Translations under genes and position numbers: made by a program
NCBI GenBank assembly: GCA_026016245.1
Contig: CP061211.1
Coordinates: forward strand, 567,285 to 631,284
From: Candidatus Pacearchaeota archaeon
Lineage (GTDB): Archaea; Nanobdellota; Nanobdellia; Pacearchaeales; UBA284
Length of the DNA: 64,000 bases
Reading direction: 5' to 3'
Part shown: positions 18,958 through 30,600 of the stretch, piece after piece
Numbering within the stretch: the first letter of the stretch is position 1
Layout: the number at the start of each line of letters is the position of its first letter
The notes under the pieces: model-generated
Told to the model about the DNA's origin: nothing
Database searches by the model: none
The model's input: the letters and a program-made list of their open reading frames with translations, nothing else

Positions 18958-20814
18958 CTATGAAAATCTATTTAATATACGTTTGAATAAACCATCTCTT
19001 TTCCTTGTTTCCTTTGAAATATCTTCTTTAGGGATTCTACCAGATAGTTCTAATGTTTTAATATCTTTTAATTTGCTATTTAATTCATCTCCGAATTTAA
19101 TATCCTTTAGATTTAATCTTACTGTTTTATTACCTTTCCATTCATTCAATTCCAGTAGGTAAGCTATATGAATTTGTTTAGTGTTTTTGGAAATTTTGTC
19201 TAAAAAATGAGCCATCCGAAAACCTATGGCTTCTATTATGTTATTATAATTATCATAAAATTTAATTTTAAGATGTTTTTCTTTTAAGAGGTTGGGATAG
19301 TCGGTAAGGCTAAGATTTGTAGAATAGAAAATTGGTTTTGGATTGCCTATTCCAAAAGGAGGTAATTGATTTATTTCTTTAATTAAAGTAGGATTAATAT
19401 CAGCTAAATCTAACTTAGCATCAAGTTTTAGAATGGGCATAAACTGTTTGGAAGAAATTTTATTTTTTGCATATTTGCAAATCTGCTTTCTAAATTTTTT
19501 GATGTTTCTCTTATTAATTTTAATACCAATTGCCTGTTCATGTCCTCCATAATTTATTAATAGGTTCTTACATGAATCTACTGCTTTAAGAAGATGAAAA
19601 TTAGGAATACTTCGTCCAGATCCATATGCTCTGTCTTTTTCTATAGAGATTAGAATTGTTGGTTTATTATATATCTCAACAATACGAGAAGCTACAATTC
19701 CGATTATTCCTCTATGCCATCTTTCTTCTGCTAAAATAATACAATTTTCCTTATCAAGATTTATTTCTTTTTTTATCTTTAACAATGCTTTTTCTAATAT
19801 CTTTTCTTGAATAACTTGTCTACGTATATTTTGTTCATCAAGAATATAAGCTATTTCTTGGGCCTTATTTTCAGAATTTGTTTGAAGTAGTTCCATAGAT
19901 TTATCTGCTGTAGTTAAACGTCCTGCAGCATTTATTCTTGGCGCTAATCTAAAAGATATGTGTCCTGAATTGATTTCTTTCCCTCTAAGGCCTGAAACTT
20001 TGATTAAGGCTTTTAAACCAATATTTTCAGTTCTCATTAACTGCTTTAAACCATATTTAACAATTATTCTATTTTCTCCATCTAAAGGCACGATATCAGC
20101 TATTGTTCCAAGACAAACAAGATCTAAAAGAGAAATAATATTTAAACTGAGATTATATTTTTTTATTAAAACTTGTGCTACTTTAAATGCTATTCCTACC
20201 CCACTTAATTTTTTATATGGATAGTTGCATTTTTTTTGTTTGGGATTAATGATGGCTACTGCCTTAGGAAGTAATCCTATTTGTTCATGATGATCTGTAA
20301 CTATTACATCAATAGATTTCCTTTTAGCATACTTTATTTCTTTATTGGCGCTAATCCCACAGTCTACTGTAATAATTAAACCTACACCTTGTCTCCTTGC
20401 ATAATCTATACTTTTTTTATTTAGTCCATAACCTTCAATTAATCTATTTGGAAAATAATATATGATTTTTCCTCCAATTAATTTAATAATTTTTACTAGA
20501 ATAGCTGAAGCAGTTATTCCGTCAACATCATAATCACCAAACAACATTATTCTCTCTTTATTAGTTATTGCTTTCTCAATACGATTAATAGCTTTATTCA
20601 TATCTTTAAGTAAAAGAGGATTATGCATATCTTCAAAACGGCATCTAAGAAACTTTTCTGCTTCTTTAGAATCTATTATTCCCCTATTAGTAAGTAAAGT
20701 AGCAATTAATGGTGAAATACCTAATTTTTGAATAAGAATCTGGCTATGTTTTTCTCTAGATTGTCTAATATTCCATTCCTTTTGTATATATGGCATAAAT
20801 AAAATAGAACTCAA
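18958..20814 (-). CDS. recJ: Single-stranded-DNA-specific exonuclease RecJ (bacterial-type DHH-DHHA1)
   Basis: LFGDYDVDGITASAIL, ITVDCGIS and VIVTDHHE motifs. Confidence 0.8.
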   Translation of the reverse strand: MSSILFMPYIQKEWNIRQSREKHSQILIQKLGISPLIATLLTNRGIIDSKEAEKFLRCRFEDMHNPLLLKDMNKAINRIEKAITNKERIMLFGDYDVDGITASAILVKIIKLIGGKIIYYFPNRLIEGYGLNKKSIDYARRQGVGLIITVDCGISANKEIKYAKRKSIDVIVTDHHEQIGLLPKAVAIINPKQKKCNYPYKKLSGVGIAFKVAQVLIKKYNLSLNIISLLDLVCLGTIADIVPLDGENRIIVKYGLKQLMRTENIGLKALIKVSGLRGKEINSGHISFRLAPRINAAGRLTTADKSMELLQTNSENKAQEIAYILDEQNIRRQVIQEKILEKALLKIKKEINLDKENCIILAEERWHRGIIGIVASRIVEIYNKPTILISIEKDRAYGSGRSIPNFHLLKAVDSCKNLLINYGGHEQAIGIKINKRNIKKFRKQICKYAKNKISSKQFMPILKLDAKLDLADINPTLIKEINQLPPFGIGNPKPIFYSTNLSLTDYPNLLKEKHLKIKFYDNYNNIIEAIGFRMAHFLDKISKNTKQIHIAYLLELNEWKGNKTVRLNLKDIKFGDELNSKLKDIKTLELSGRIPKEDISKETRKRDGLFKRILNRFS

Positions 20815-20912
20815 TTAATTTTATATTTTTCTATTAGATAATGGTTTCTTCACATAAGGTCTCTTTTCAAATAAAAACCAAAAAACCTAAATAATTTCTC
20901 AATAACAAGGGC

Positions 20913-20930
20913 AAAGTTTAAAAGTTTTCT
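20913..20930 (+). promoter_or_regulatory. Putative archaeal BRE/TATA promoter of tRNA-Thr (AAAGTTTAAAAGTTTTCT)
   Basis: The TATA-like TTTAAAA is centred about 28 nt upstream of tRNA-Thr position 1. The identical 18-mer recurs at 18149-18166. Confidence 0.45.
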
Positions 20931-20947
20931 AACATAATTTATTTTAT

Positions 20948-21070
20948 GCCTCAGTAGCTCAGTTGGTAGAGCGGCGGTCTTGTAATAAAGAACCCAGGTT
21001 CTTTAAATTCCTAAAGAACAAGGGAAAACAAGAAAACCGTAGGTCGGGGGTTCGGATCCCCCCTGAGGCT
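20948..21070 (+). tRNA. tRNA-Thr(UGU) with an intron of about 50 nt after position 38
   Basis: Acceptor GCCTCAG/CTGAGGC, D arm GCTC-AGTTGGTA-GAGC, anticodon stem GCGGT/ACCGT with loop CTTGTAA, T arm GGGGG-TTCGGAT-CCCCC. About 50 nt are inserted 3' of the anticodon loop. Confidence 0.8.
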
Positions 21071-21107
21071 TTTGTTATATAGGTGTAAAGATTTTAGATA
21101 AGGGGAA

Positions 21108-21506
21108 ATGAGTAAAGTTTTATTTGTTTGTAAGGGAAATGTTGGAAGAAGTCAGATGGCTGAAGCTTTTTATAGTCATTTAGTAGGAAGAGGGGCTTAT
21201 AGTGCAGGTATCAAGGCAGTTACAGAATTAGTACACCCTCCAGAAGACGTAGTTGATATAATGTTAGAAGAAAATATAGATCTATCAAACCAAATAATCA
21301 AAAAATTAAATGAAGATATGGTGAGAAAAGCAGATAAAGTTATTATTATGTGCAAAAAAGAAATATATCCTTCTTATCTAAACAATTATTCTAATAAAGT
21401 TTTGTATTGGAATATAAAAGATCCAAGATACATGAATACAGATGAAAGAAGAAAAATCAGAGATATTATTAAAGAAAAAGTTCTTTCTCTTAATAGGAAG
21501 AGTTAA
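21108..21506 (+). CDS. Low molecular weight protein-tyrosine phosphatase / ArsC-like
   Basis: VLFVCKGNVGRSQMAE is the CX5R(S) P-loop. Confidence 0.75.
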   Translation: MSKVLFVCKGNVGRSQMAEAFYSHLVGRGAYSAGIKAVTELVHPPEDVVDIMLEENIDLSNQIIKKLNEDMVRKADKVIIMCKKEIYPSYLNNYSNKVLYWNIKDPRYMNTDERRKIRDIIKEKVLSLNRKS

Positions 21507-21579
21507 AAATTGCTGGTTTTTCAATACAGGATTTTTCTTGTAGCAAAATCTTTAAATATTCTTTCTTTTTTGTTTTGTT

Positions 21580-21972
21580 ATGATAAAAATTTATGAAATA
21601 CCATCAGATAAGTTAAGTGGAGTAAAAAATATTTTGGAAGCTCCTGAAAAAGTTGCAGGAGAACTTGATGTAGAGATTGAGAAAGAGGCTGGCAGGAAAG
21701 GAACAAAAGTAGAGAAGGCAAAAGAGTGGAAGATTAATGAATTCAAAAGAGCTGGCTATATTTTGAGAGATGGAAAAGCTTTAGGTTTTGAAGAAAAAGA
21801 ATCATATCTTTACATTGATGCTGATGAGGATTTTTTTAAAAGAAATGAAAAAATTTTGCTTGATGCTGGTGCAAAAGTACTTGAAGGGGAAAAATTTGAA
21901 CAAGTAAAGAAAAAAATCGAAAAAGCTGAACGCGAGGCTTCAGCTGGTGTTGGTTTTATTTTTGGAGGTTGA
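21580..21972 (+). CDS. Hypothetical protein
   Basis: ORF in an intergenic-free context. No motif recognised. Confidence 0.35.
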   Translation: MIKIYEIPSDKLSGVKNILEAPEKVAGELDVEIEKEAGRKGTKVEKAKEWKINEFKRAGYILRDGKALGFEEKESYLYIDADEDFFKRNEKILLDAGAKVLEGEKFEQVKKKIEKAEREASAGVGFIFGG

Positions 21973-22261
21973 TTTGAATGGGTATAACAAAAGGAATGCT
22001 GTCTAAATATCACCAAAATAAGGAAAAGATAGATTTGGAGATAAGAGATATTAGAAATGAGATTAATATGCATGGAACAGGAATTCTTTATGAAGAGGAT
22101 AGAGAGATAGAAGAAGCTGTAAAATTATTAACTGAGAAGCATTATGATAATAGTAAGAGTATAGATGGAAAAGTAGATTAAAAAAGAAAAAAATAGAAAG
22201 AAAAAGAGAGGAAAAGGATTTTAAATTGCTCTTTCTTATTTTTTATATTGGTTTTTATGTT

Positions 22262-22335
22262 GGGCCCGTGGTCTAGTGGTTACGACGTTGCTTTGACGTG
22301 GCAAAGATCCCAGGTTCGATCCCTGGCGGGCCCAC
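22262..22335 (+). tRNA. tRNA-Val(GAC)
   Basis: Acceptor GGGCCCG/CGGGCCC, anticodon stem TTGCT/GGCAA with loop TTGACGT, T arm CCAGG-TTCGATC-CCTGG. Confidence 0.8.
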
Positions 22336-22375
22336 TCATCATAGGATTTAAAAAAGGTAAGAGTTTTGTTAGAGA

Positions 22376-22711
22376 ATGGCAAAAAAAGGTGGTGACGAAG
22401 AAAAAATTTTTGCATTTCTTTGTTATTTGATTTCAATAATTGGTGTAGTGATTGTATTGGTTACAAAAAAAGACAGAAGCGACTTTAGTATCTATCATGC
22501 TAGACAGGGACTTGTTCTTTTTATAACTTGGATAATTGTTGCTATCCTATGGTCTATTTTAGGGTTAATACCTATTATTGGGTGGATTATAGGGTGGATA
22601 CTATGGATACTAGTGCTAGTATTATGGATAATTGGAATGGTTAATTCTTTGACAGGAAAGAAAGTTCCATTGCCAGTGATTGGTGGATTTGCAAAATCTT
22701 TCAAGTTTTAG
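22376..22711 (+). CDS. Small membrane protein (DUF4870-like, YHARQ motif)
   Basis: FLCYLISIIG...SIYHARQGLVLFI followed by transmembrane helices. Confidence 0.45.
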   Translation: MAKKGGDEEKIFAFLCYLISIIGVVIVLVTKKDRSDFSIYHARQGLVLFITWIIVAILWSILGLIPIIGWIIGWILWILVLVLWIIGMVNSLTGKKVPLPVIGGFAKSFKF

Positions 22712-22814
22712 TGTCATAAAGAGAAAAAAAGAAAACACAAAGTAAGATTTATATAGAGTTTTTTCCTCTCATCAAAAGAGAAGAGAGCTAAAAAAGAGGA
22801 GGGGCGCGCCTCAA

Positions 22815-24683
22815 ATGCAGCACAAGAAAGCACAAGTTACTATTTTTATAATAATTGCTGTACTTATTGTAGCTGTGGCTCTCTTCTCCTATTTTTTCAT
22901 CTTCAGACCGCCAGCAATTGTAATTCCTTCTGAAATTCAGCCTGTTGAAGCTTATCTTGTTGAGTGTGTTAGCGAGCAAGTTAAAGATGCTACAAGGATT
23001 GCTGGATTACAAGGAGGATATTTGGAAATGCCAGAGTTTGAACCTGGTTCTGAACAGCTTCCTTTTTCATCCCAGTTTGATTTTTTAGGAATACAAGTTC
23101 CTTATTGGTTTTATGTTTCTGGAAATAATCTAGCTAGGGAAAGAAAGCCTAGTTTGAAGGATATAGAAAAAGAGTTTGCTGATTATCTTAAAGAAAGAGT
23201 TGAGGAATGTAAGTTTGAGAGTTTTATTTTGCAAGGTTATGATATTGAAGTAGAAGGAAAGCCAGATATTGAAGTTAATATTAGAGCAAATTCAATTGAA
23301 ACATTAGTAAACTGGCCTATTGATATTAATTATAGAGATATTAATGTTCGAATTGTAGAACATAGGGTTAGTACTAAAACCAGTTTTGGCCAACTTTATG
23401 ATACTGCAAATAGAATTTTTGATAGTGAGCAGGAGAAGTTGTTTTTAGAGAATTATGCTCTTGATGTCTTAAGACTTTATGCTCCTACTACTGATATTGA
23501 ATTAAGTTGTGCTCCTAAAACCTGGTTTGTTAGTTCTGTTAGGGATGAGGTAAATAGTGCTCTTGAAGTTAATATCGCTGCTGTCAAGGTTTCTGGAACT
23601 TATTATGAATTAGACAGGAAAGAGGATGAGTATTTTGAGGTTGATGTTGGTGAGAGTATTGATGAGCAAGTGTATTTTCTTTATTTTAGGAATATGCCTC
23701 ATGTCTTTGAAGTTTGGCCTTCTGAAGATAATTTAATGGAAGCAGAACCTATTGGAACACAGCCTGGTCTTGGTATCTTAGGAACTTTAGGTTTGTGTTA
23801 TGTTCCTTATCATTTTGTCTATGATTTGAAATTCCCTGTTTTAGTTCAAGTGCTTAGGAATGGTGAGCTATTCCAGTTTCCTGTTGTGGTTGTAATTGAT
23901 AAAAATAGTATAAGAAATATGACTGCTGCTGAAACTCAGGAAATTGTGTTTGATTTATGTCAGCATAAAACACAGGAAGTTACAATATTCACTTATGATG
24001 AAAATACTCAGCCAATTGAGGCTAAGCTTGGATTTAAATGCTTTAATCAAATATGTGATTTAGGTAGGACAAGAATAGAGGGCAGTAAGGCTGTTCTTGA
24101 AACTAGAATACCCCAATGTTATAATGGATTTGTAGTAGCTAAGGCTGATGGTTATGTTACTAAAAAAGCTCCATCTCCAGGAATACAGACTTTTGTCATG
24201 AATGTATTCATGAGTCCTGAGCATGTTCTTGATTTAGAGGTTGGGGGATTGGGAAGCGGAGAGCATGCTACTGTAACTTTCACATCAGAAGATTATAGTG
24301 CTAGTGTTTATTATCCTGATCAAAAACAAATAATCTTGGCTGAAGGAATCTATAATGTATCAGTTTATTTGTTTAAAGAATCCTCAATTACTTTGGAATC
24401 TCAGAGAGTTGAAAAATGCATAGATGTTCCTGTTGGTGGTATTGGCGCTATATTTGGAATTATGCAAGAGCAATGTTTTGAGCTTGATGTGCCTCAAGAA
24501 ACTTATACTGATGTAATATTTGGAGGAGGTTTTGTTGAATTTTCTATAACTGAATCTGAATTAAGAGGAGCATCTAAAGTCAGCATTATAGCTCCTTCAT
24601 ATGATGTTCCAAAAAATCTGTTTGATTTAGGAGATGTTTATGGATTAATAGATGTCGGTGAAGTTCGAGTTTCAATAAAATGA
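22815..24683 (+). CDS. Membrane-anchored hypothetical protein, translationally coupled to the giant gene
   Basis: N-terminal transmembrane helix QVTIFIIIAVLIVAVALFSYFFIF. Its stop overlaps the next start in an ATGA at 24680-24683. Confidence 0.5.
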   Translation: MQHKKAQVTIFIIIAVLIVAVALFSYFFIFRPPAIVIPSEIQPVEAYLVECVSEQVKDATRIAGLQGGYLEMPEFEPGSEQLPFSSQFDFLGIQVPYWFYVSGNNLARERKPSLKDIEKEFADYLKERVEECKFESFILQGYDIEVEGKPDIEVNIRANSIETLVNWPIDINYRDINVRIVEHRVSTKTSFGQLYDTANRIFDSEQEKLFLENYALDVLRLYAPTTDIELSCAPKTWFVSSVRDEVNSALEVNIAAVKVSGTYYELDRKEDEYFEVDVGESIDEQVYFLYFRNMPHVFEVWPSEDNLMEAEPIGTQPGLGILGTLGLCYVPYHFVYDLKFPVLVQVLRNGELFQFPVVVVIDKNSIRNMTAAETQEIVFDLCQHKTQEVTIFTYDENTQPIEAKLGFKCFNQICDLGRTRIEGSKAVLETRIPQCYNGFVVAKADGYVTKKAPSPGIQTFVMNVFMSPEHVLDLEVGGLGSGEHATVTFTSEDYSASVYYPDQKQIILAEGIYNVSVYLFKESSITLESQRVEKCIDVPVGGIGAIFGIMQEQCFELDVPQETYTDVIFGGGFVEFSITESELRGASKVSIIAPSYDVPKNLFDLGDVYGLIDVGEVRVSIK

Positions 24684-27600
24684 GAAAAATGAAAAAAATA
24701 AATTTGGTTTTGGCAGTTTTGTTACTTGCAGTTTTATTTTCTGTTTTAATGGTTAGTGTTATGGCTCAACAACCTCCAATTGTCCCACCAGCTCCTGAAT
24801 TGCCTCTTGAGCAGATTCAAACACCCCCTGAATTTTACATGCAAGAGCCTCCAACACCTTATTTGTATCCTAATGCTGGTGTAACTCCTTGGTCTCATGT
24901 AGAATGGAGAGAGGGGTATTGCAATAAAACAGGGATGGATTTTCTTATTGAGATAGCTCCAGATGCATGCCAGCCTGCTATTGTTACTAGTGATCTTTTG
25001 GAAGAGCAAGATGTTCCTGTTTTATGTAGAATGACTGGGATAAAGATTAATCCAATAATACAAGTTCCATATATTAAGAGAATTATTCCTGCTGTTGAGA
25101 ATCGTTCTGATGGAATTAGTTATGTTAATTTCTTGCCTGCCCGTTATGCCCTAAGTTATTATGGTGATAGTGGACAGAAGAAGCCAGGTTTTGAGGGTGT
25201 CCCTACTATGAGTAATCTAGGATATTTATTAATAGTTTTGAAAAGACAGCCCTCTGAAAAGAAAATGCCTGAGAGTGTCAAGGCTGATATTTCTGTAAGA
25301 ATAATTTATGATATAGCCAGAACTTATGGGATTAATGAGAATCAGTTTGTATTGCCTTTATTAAGCCAGGAAGAATGGATCACTAACTACAAGAATTATG
25401 GTTTCTGGAGGGGCAAGGGTTATTTAAGGTTGCAGGAAATAGAGGGCAATAATAGAGCTAAAGTTGCTTTGTATACTATTCCAAGTGCAGCTCCTTTTGC
25501 TACTAGGGATCTTAGAGTGGGTATTGATCCTACAAAGAAAGATGAAGTTATGTTACCAGGATTTTATTGTGGTGCTGGTGTTAGTTTAAGATTAGATGAA
25601 ATTTCTATTCCAAAGAATAGAATTAGATTATTAGTTAATGGAAATGAACTTTTATTAGGAGAGGGAGAGCGTATTCAGGATTCAGGTTGTGTTGTTTTTA
25701 AAATTGAGCCTTCACCTTACACTTATGGAGGCAGTGCAGTAATAAGATGTGCTGCCACAGACAGAAAAGTTTTGACACTAAGTGATATTGAGGCAGATAT
25801 TAAAGTGGATGAAAGAGAAGAGAGAGTGAGTGTTGGTTCTAGAATTGTTGCTGAAAAAGATAACAAGAAGAATTATTTTTATGTTGGCTATCTTGGCAAG
25901 GAGTATTTGAAAGAAGGTATGGATAATTTTATGATTTTATTTTCTGGAAAAAATGCAGAAAGTCCTTTGAGTGAGGGGGCTGTTAAAAAAACAACTGAAA
26001 CAATACACTCTTATATTAAATCACTAAGAGGAGAGGCATTAGAGGCTTTGCCTTCAACAACATGGAATTTACAATTAAGGGAAGCTCTTCAGAAAATATA
26101 TCCAGATACTGCTAGGCAAGTCACTAACTTTTATGTTTCTAAGAAAGGTGTCTCAAATGGAATAGGCAGTCTAGGCACAAAGATAAATATTATTGATATG
26201 AGGGGGCCTAAGCAAGTTCTTTATTCAAGTGATGTTGAGGCTGTTTATAAGGACGCTATACAGCACTATCGTGATATTGCTCATGCTTACTCTGTTGAGC
26301 AGCATCCTGAGGGAATGTATTATGGTGTAATGGCTCTAAGTTCTGCAGCAGACTTGGCTTCTGAATTGCATAAGGAAATTGATGAAGTTGATTTGTTGAG
26401 AGAGCTTATTGATAAATATTCAGATTCTAGTGAGCTTGAAATTATTGCAGAGGTTGAGGAGGCAAGAGAGAGATTGAGGAGAGTTGTTTCCTTGAGTGGA
26501 GATAATTCTGCTATGTTCTCCAGACCAAGTGGAAATTATTTTATGCAGATGGTGTCAGTTGAAAAACCCTCTCTTGCAGTGCAGTCAGCTGAGATGGAGA
26601 TTAATGATGTGAGAGGAACTTATGGTATTGATGATATTATTGATGGCTGGCAGATTGAAGATATAACTGATATTGGCGTTGTTTTCAAGAATCTGACCAA
26701 AACTTCTGAGAGAGAGACTGTTTCAATAGGCAAAGTTGTTTATTTTGGACAGACAAGAGTTAAGGTTTTGGATATTACAATAAAAAGGGAGGCAAAAGTA
26801 ACTATATTGCCTTTTGAACGTGAGCGAGAGACTGAGACTAATTTCAGTATTCAGATAGGTATTGAGAAAAGAGCAATACAATTGAGTCCTGAAAAAACAA
26901 GAGAGATGATTGCAGGTCTTGATAAAACTATTAGTAAGTTTGAGAGTGTAAGAGATAAGTTAGGGGATGTTGTTAGTGTGTGGAAGAAAGCATGTTATGT
27001 TGGCGCTAGTGCTTTATGGGTAAAGAATTTTGTTACTGGCCTTAGTGGAGAAGCTCTTGCAAGAAAAAAAGTTATGCAAAGATGGACAATCATATGTTCA
27101 GATGAAGGTTATAGAAAAAGTATAGGAGCTGTCAGTATTTCAGATTGTTATAGAATAAAAGAAGATGCAATTAATAAAGATATAAATTTGATGAAAAATT
27201 CTCTCAGTAAAGCGAATTCATTTGTAAAGGATGTTAAAGAGAGTGAGGGAGTTACAAAGACTGGTGGGTTATTTGGATTATCTAAGACAGTTGATGAAAA
27301 TGAGTTCATGAAAGTTGCTAACAAAACTTTCTCTTCTGAACTTAAAGGAATAGGAGATATTCATCAACAAAAACAACTTAGAAAGATAGCAGTTTCAGAT
27401 GGCCCTATTATTTATCAGGGAAAGAGATATGAGAGCATTAACAAATTAATAGAAGATATTGGAATTCAGACATTTGAAGAAAGGAAAAATGAGTATGCTG
27501 AAATTGAGAATAGGTTTGTGAATACTGCGAAGATTACCGAGAATATAAGTTATTTGCATCAGAAAAGCCAGTTGTTTAAGAATGATATTAAGGAACTTCA

Positions 27601-30600
27601 TTTGACTCTTGAAATTTATAATGAATGCAAAAAGAAAACTCAAAGTGATATTGAAGATTCAGCCTTGTGTAAAGAAGCTTTGACAGGAACTTATGGAAAA
27701 CTTAGTGGTTATGCTAATGTTCTTGAAGAGGGAACTGCGCAAGAGGCTTTGAAAGATGTTTTAGGGTTAGATGCAGTGGTTGTTGTTCCAGAAAAACGTA
27801 ATATTATCAAATCTCCAATCTATACATTAAAGAATTTTCCTAAATTGCAACCAAAGCTAGAAGAAAGTGGTGATACTAGATTTACTTATTTCTATCACAC
27901 TGCAAATTATTATATTGCTGTTGTTGAATCAACTGGAGATGGAAAATTTGCAATCAAAACCCTTTATAATATTGAAAAATTAGGAACAGAAGATATTAAA
28001 GTTGTTGAGAAGTTCACAAGTCCTGAATTATCTGGAAAACTTGGGGATTTGGGTATTTCTCATGTTGAAGAAATTGATATAACTTTATGTAATAATAATG
28101 AGATTAAAAACCCTTACAGGAATGAAATTAAATTCTGGGAAACAGGGCCTTACAAAGATTTTGTTGCTTTAATGCCAATAGATAGAAGAACAGGATGGTA
28201 TCTGGCAACTACTTATACAGGTTTAGAAGGTGCTTTGGTTGCATGGAAAGAATCTGGTGATATAAATGTGTTCTGGATTTGTAATGTTGGTCAGGATGGA
28301 ATTCCTAATTTTGATTTCAGCCAGGGAGCTAGTGGTGATGATTGTTGTACTCAGGTTGCATTGATTACAGGAGCAGAGCCAGAGATTCCACCTTTAACTG
28401 CATCTGGCTCTAGAGAAATTGTTAAGAGGGCCAAAGATTGTGCTAAGCAAGCCATAACAGATTACTCCCAAGGCAAGAGGAGGATAGAGACTAAGTGTGG
28501 GGACTTTGTCTTGGCAAAGCCACCTTCTGCCAGGCCTGCTATGCAGTGCGAAGATTTCATGAGTCCTAGTGATTGCAGAATCATGTTTAATCTATGCGAT
28601 CCTGTTATGTGTCCTTCATCTAGATGTGATCTTGGTGGAAGAATGCCTGTTGATGATGTGGTTGCTTCTGGTGTAATAGGAAGCTTGATGTTGTGCTTGC
28701 CTAATTGGGAAGATGGTCGGGGAGTATTAGTTCCTATATGTTTGACTGGGGTTCATGCTGGTTTAGATAATTTCATAACAATACTAAAATCAGGGAGAGA
28801 TTGTTTGCAAGAACAGTTAGAGACTGGGAAAACAATAGGGATATGTGATGAGATAATGTCAATATATAAGTGTGAGTTTTTTTGGAGACAGCTTGATCCT
28901 TTTATCAGGGCAGGAATTCCGGCATTAACTGAGAGTTTCACAGGAAGAGGAGGAGGGGAGTATGCTTTATTTAGTGAATCCTGGAAACAAGGCACTAATG
29001 CTTTGAGATATTGGAGTGATTATTATGAACAAACATCAAATCAAGCATTTAAGGCAAGAAGCACTGCCCAAATTGGAACTGAGATATGTAAGAGGTTTAT
29101 TTCTGGGACATATCCAACTCAAGCACAGTTCTGGGAGCAAGTGAGTAAGCCTGAATCCCCAACGCAAGCAATGGCATGGTTTGATGAAACTCAAATGGGT
29201 GGACCAAGTCCTGAAAGCCATTATAAAGTATTTTTCCATATATTTGCTGGACGCGATCAGGGAGTTTATTATAGTGTTTATCTAAGAAGCCCTTCTGCTC
29301 CTGGCTATTATCAGCCGCCTCCTCAGTACATGATTCCAAATGGATTTGGTTATCTTCCAGCAGGTGAGTATATTAGCATGACACCTGACTTTACTGCCCC
29401 TAGTGGTTATAAGGAGGTTTGTATCAGGTTGAATGAGAAAGAGATTTGTGGTTTTGGCCAGGCAACAACAAATTTTGCAATAGAGGAGCTTCAGAATTAT
29501 TATCTTAAAAAACAGGCTGCAGAAGATGTAAGCACAGCTCAAGAATGTGTGAGTGGAAAGCCAACAATAATTCCTACTGCTACACTGAACATACAATCAG
29601 CTGTTGAGCATGCTTTAGAGCCAGCCATTTATAGAAGAGGGATTATCAGAAGATGTTCTACTTTAAATCCAGGATTAAATACAGAGCCAGATAGATGGAA
29701 GAGGATTGGTTATTGTGATAGTGAAAGTGTTGGCTGCTGGCTTGATACTAAAAGTGTTGAAGGAGCAGTAAGTGATTTAGGAATAAGGGAAGATATTATG
29801 GAAGAGGCTGAGCAAAAAAACATTGCTCATGCTATTGAAAAATATGGCTATGATAAACTTGAAGACAGCCAGAGCAATCTTATAAAAAATGAACCAAAAA
29901 TTCTGGATATTGAAAAAACAGTTACTGAATTTATCAACAAAGTGAATTTAATGATAGAAGATGAGTTTAAGGCAGAGAAAAAAGATCTTGAAAAAGAGAT
30001 TGAGAATATAGACAAGATAGAGATTCAACCTCTTATAATAACATTCAGAGAAATAAGCAAAAAATGTGCAAGAAGTGAGGAGAAAGCAAGAGCAGATTGG
30101 GCAATTGCAAAAATACTTGGATTAAGAGCTAGGTTATATGCACTACCAGGAATTTATGAAGTTGAAAAAAAATTAAAAGAGGAAGAAATTCCTGTGGAGA
30201 TTAGAGATACTCTTGGCTTGCTGGACTGGCCTGTTCCTTTAGGTTATGATATTATAAGTTATTATGGTGAACCTCGCTTTGGTTATGAGCATACTGGTAT
30301 TGATATCGGGGGAGCAGGAACTGAAGGATATGATATTGTAGCAGCTGCAAGCGGAAAAATTGTTAAAACAATTGATGGGTGTAAGGTTAGTGACTGTGAA
30401 AACTGTGTAACTGAAATTTGTGATACTGAAGGTTGCAGGAGAAGTAAGGTTGGTAAATCAGGTAACATGATTGTGATTGAGCATGAGTATAGTGGTAGAA
30501 AAATATACTCTCTTTATATGCATCTAAAAGAAAATAGTGTTGTTGTTAAAGTAGGAGATAATGTTAAGAGGGGTGAAAAAATAGCTGAAGTCGGCAAGAC

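Noticed and set aside
22248-22430. 60-aa ORF overlapping tRNA-Val
   Set aside because: Its sequence is the tRNA itself (cloverleaf verified), so the ORF is spurious.
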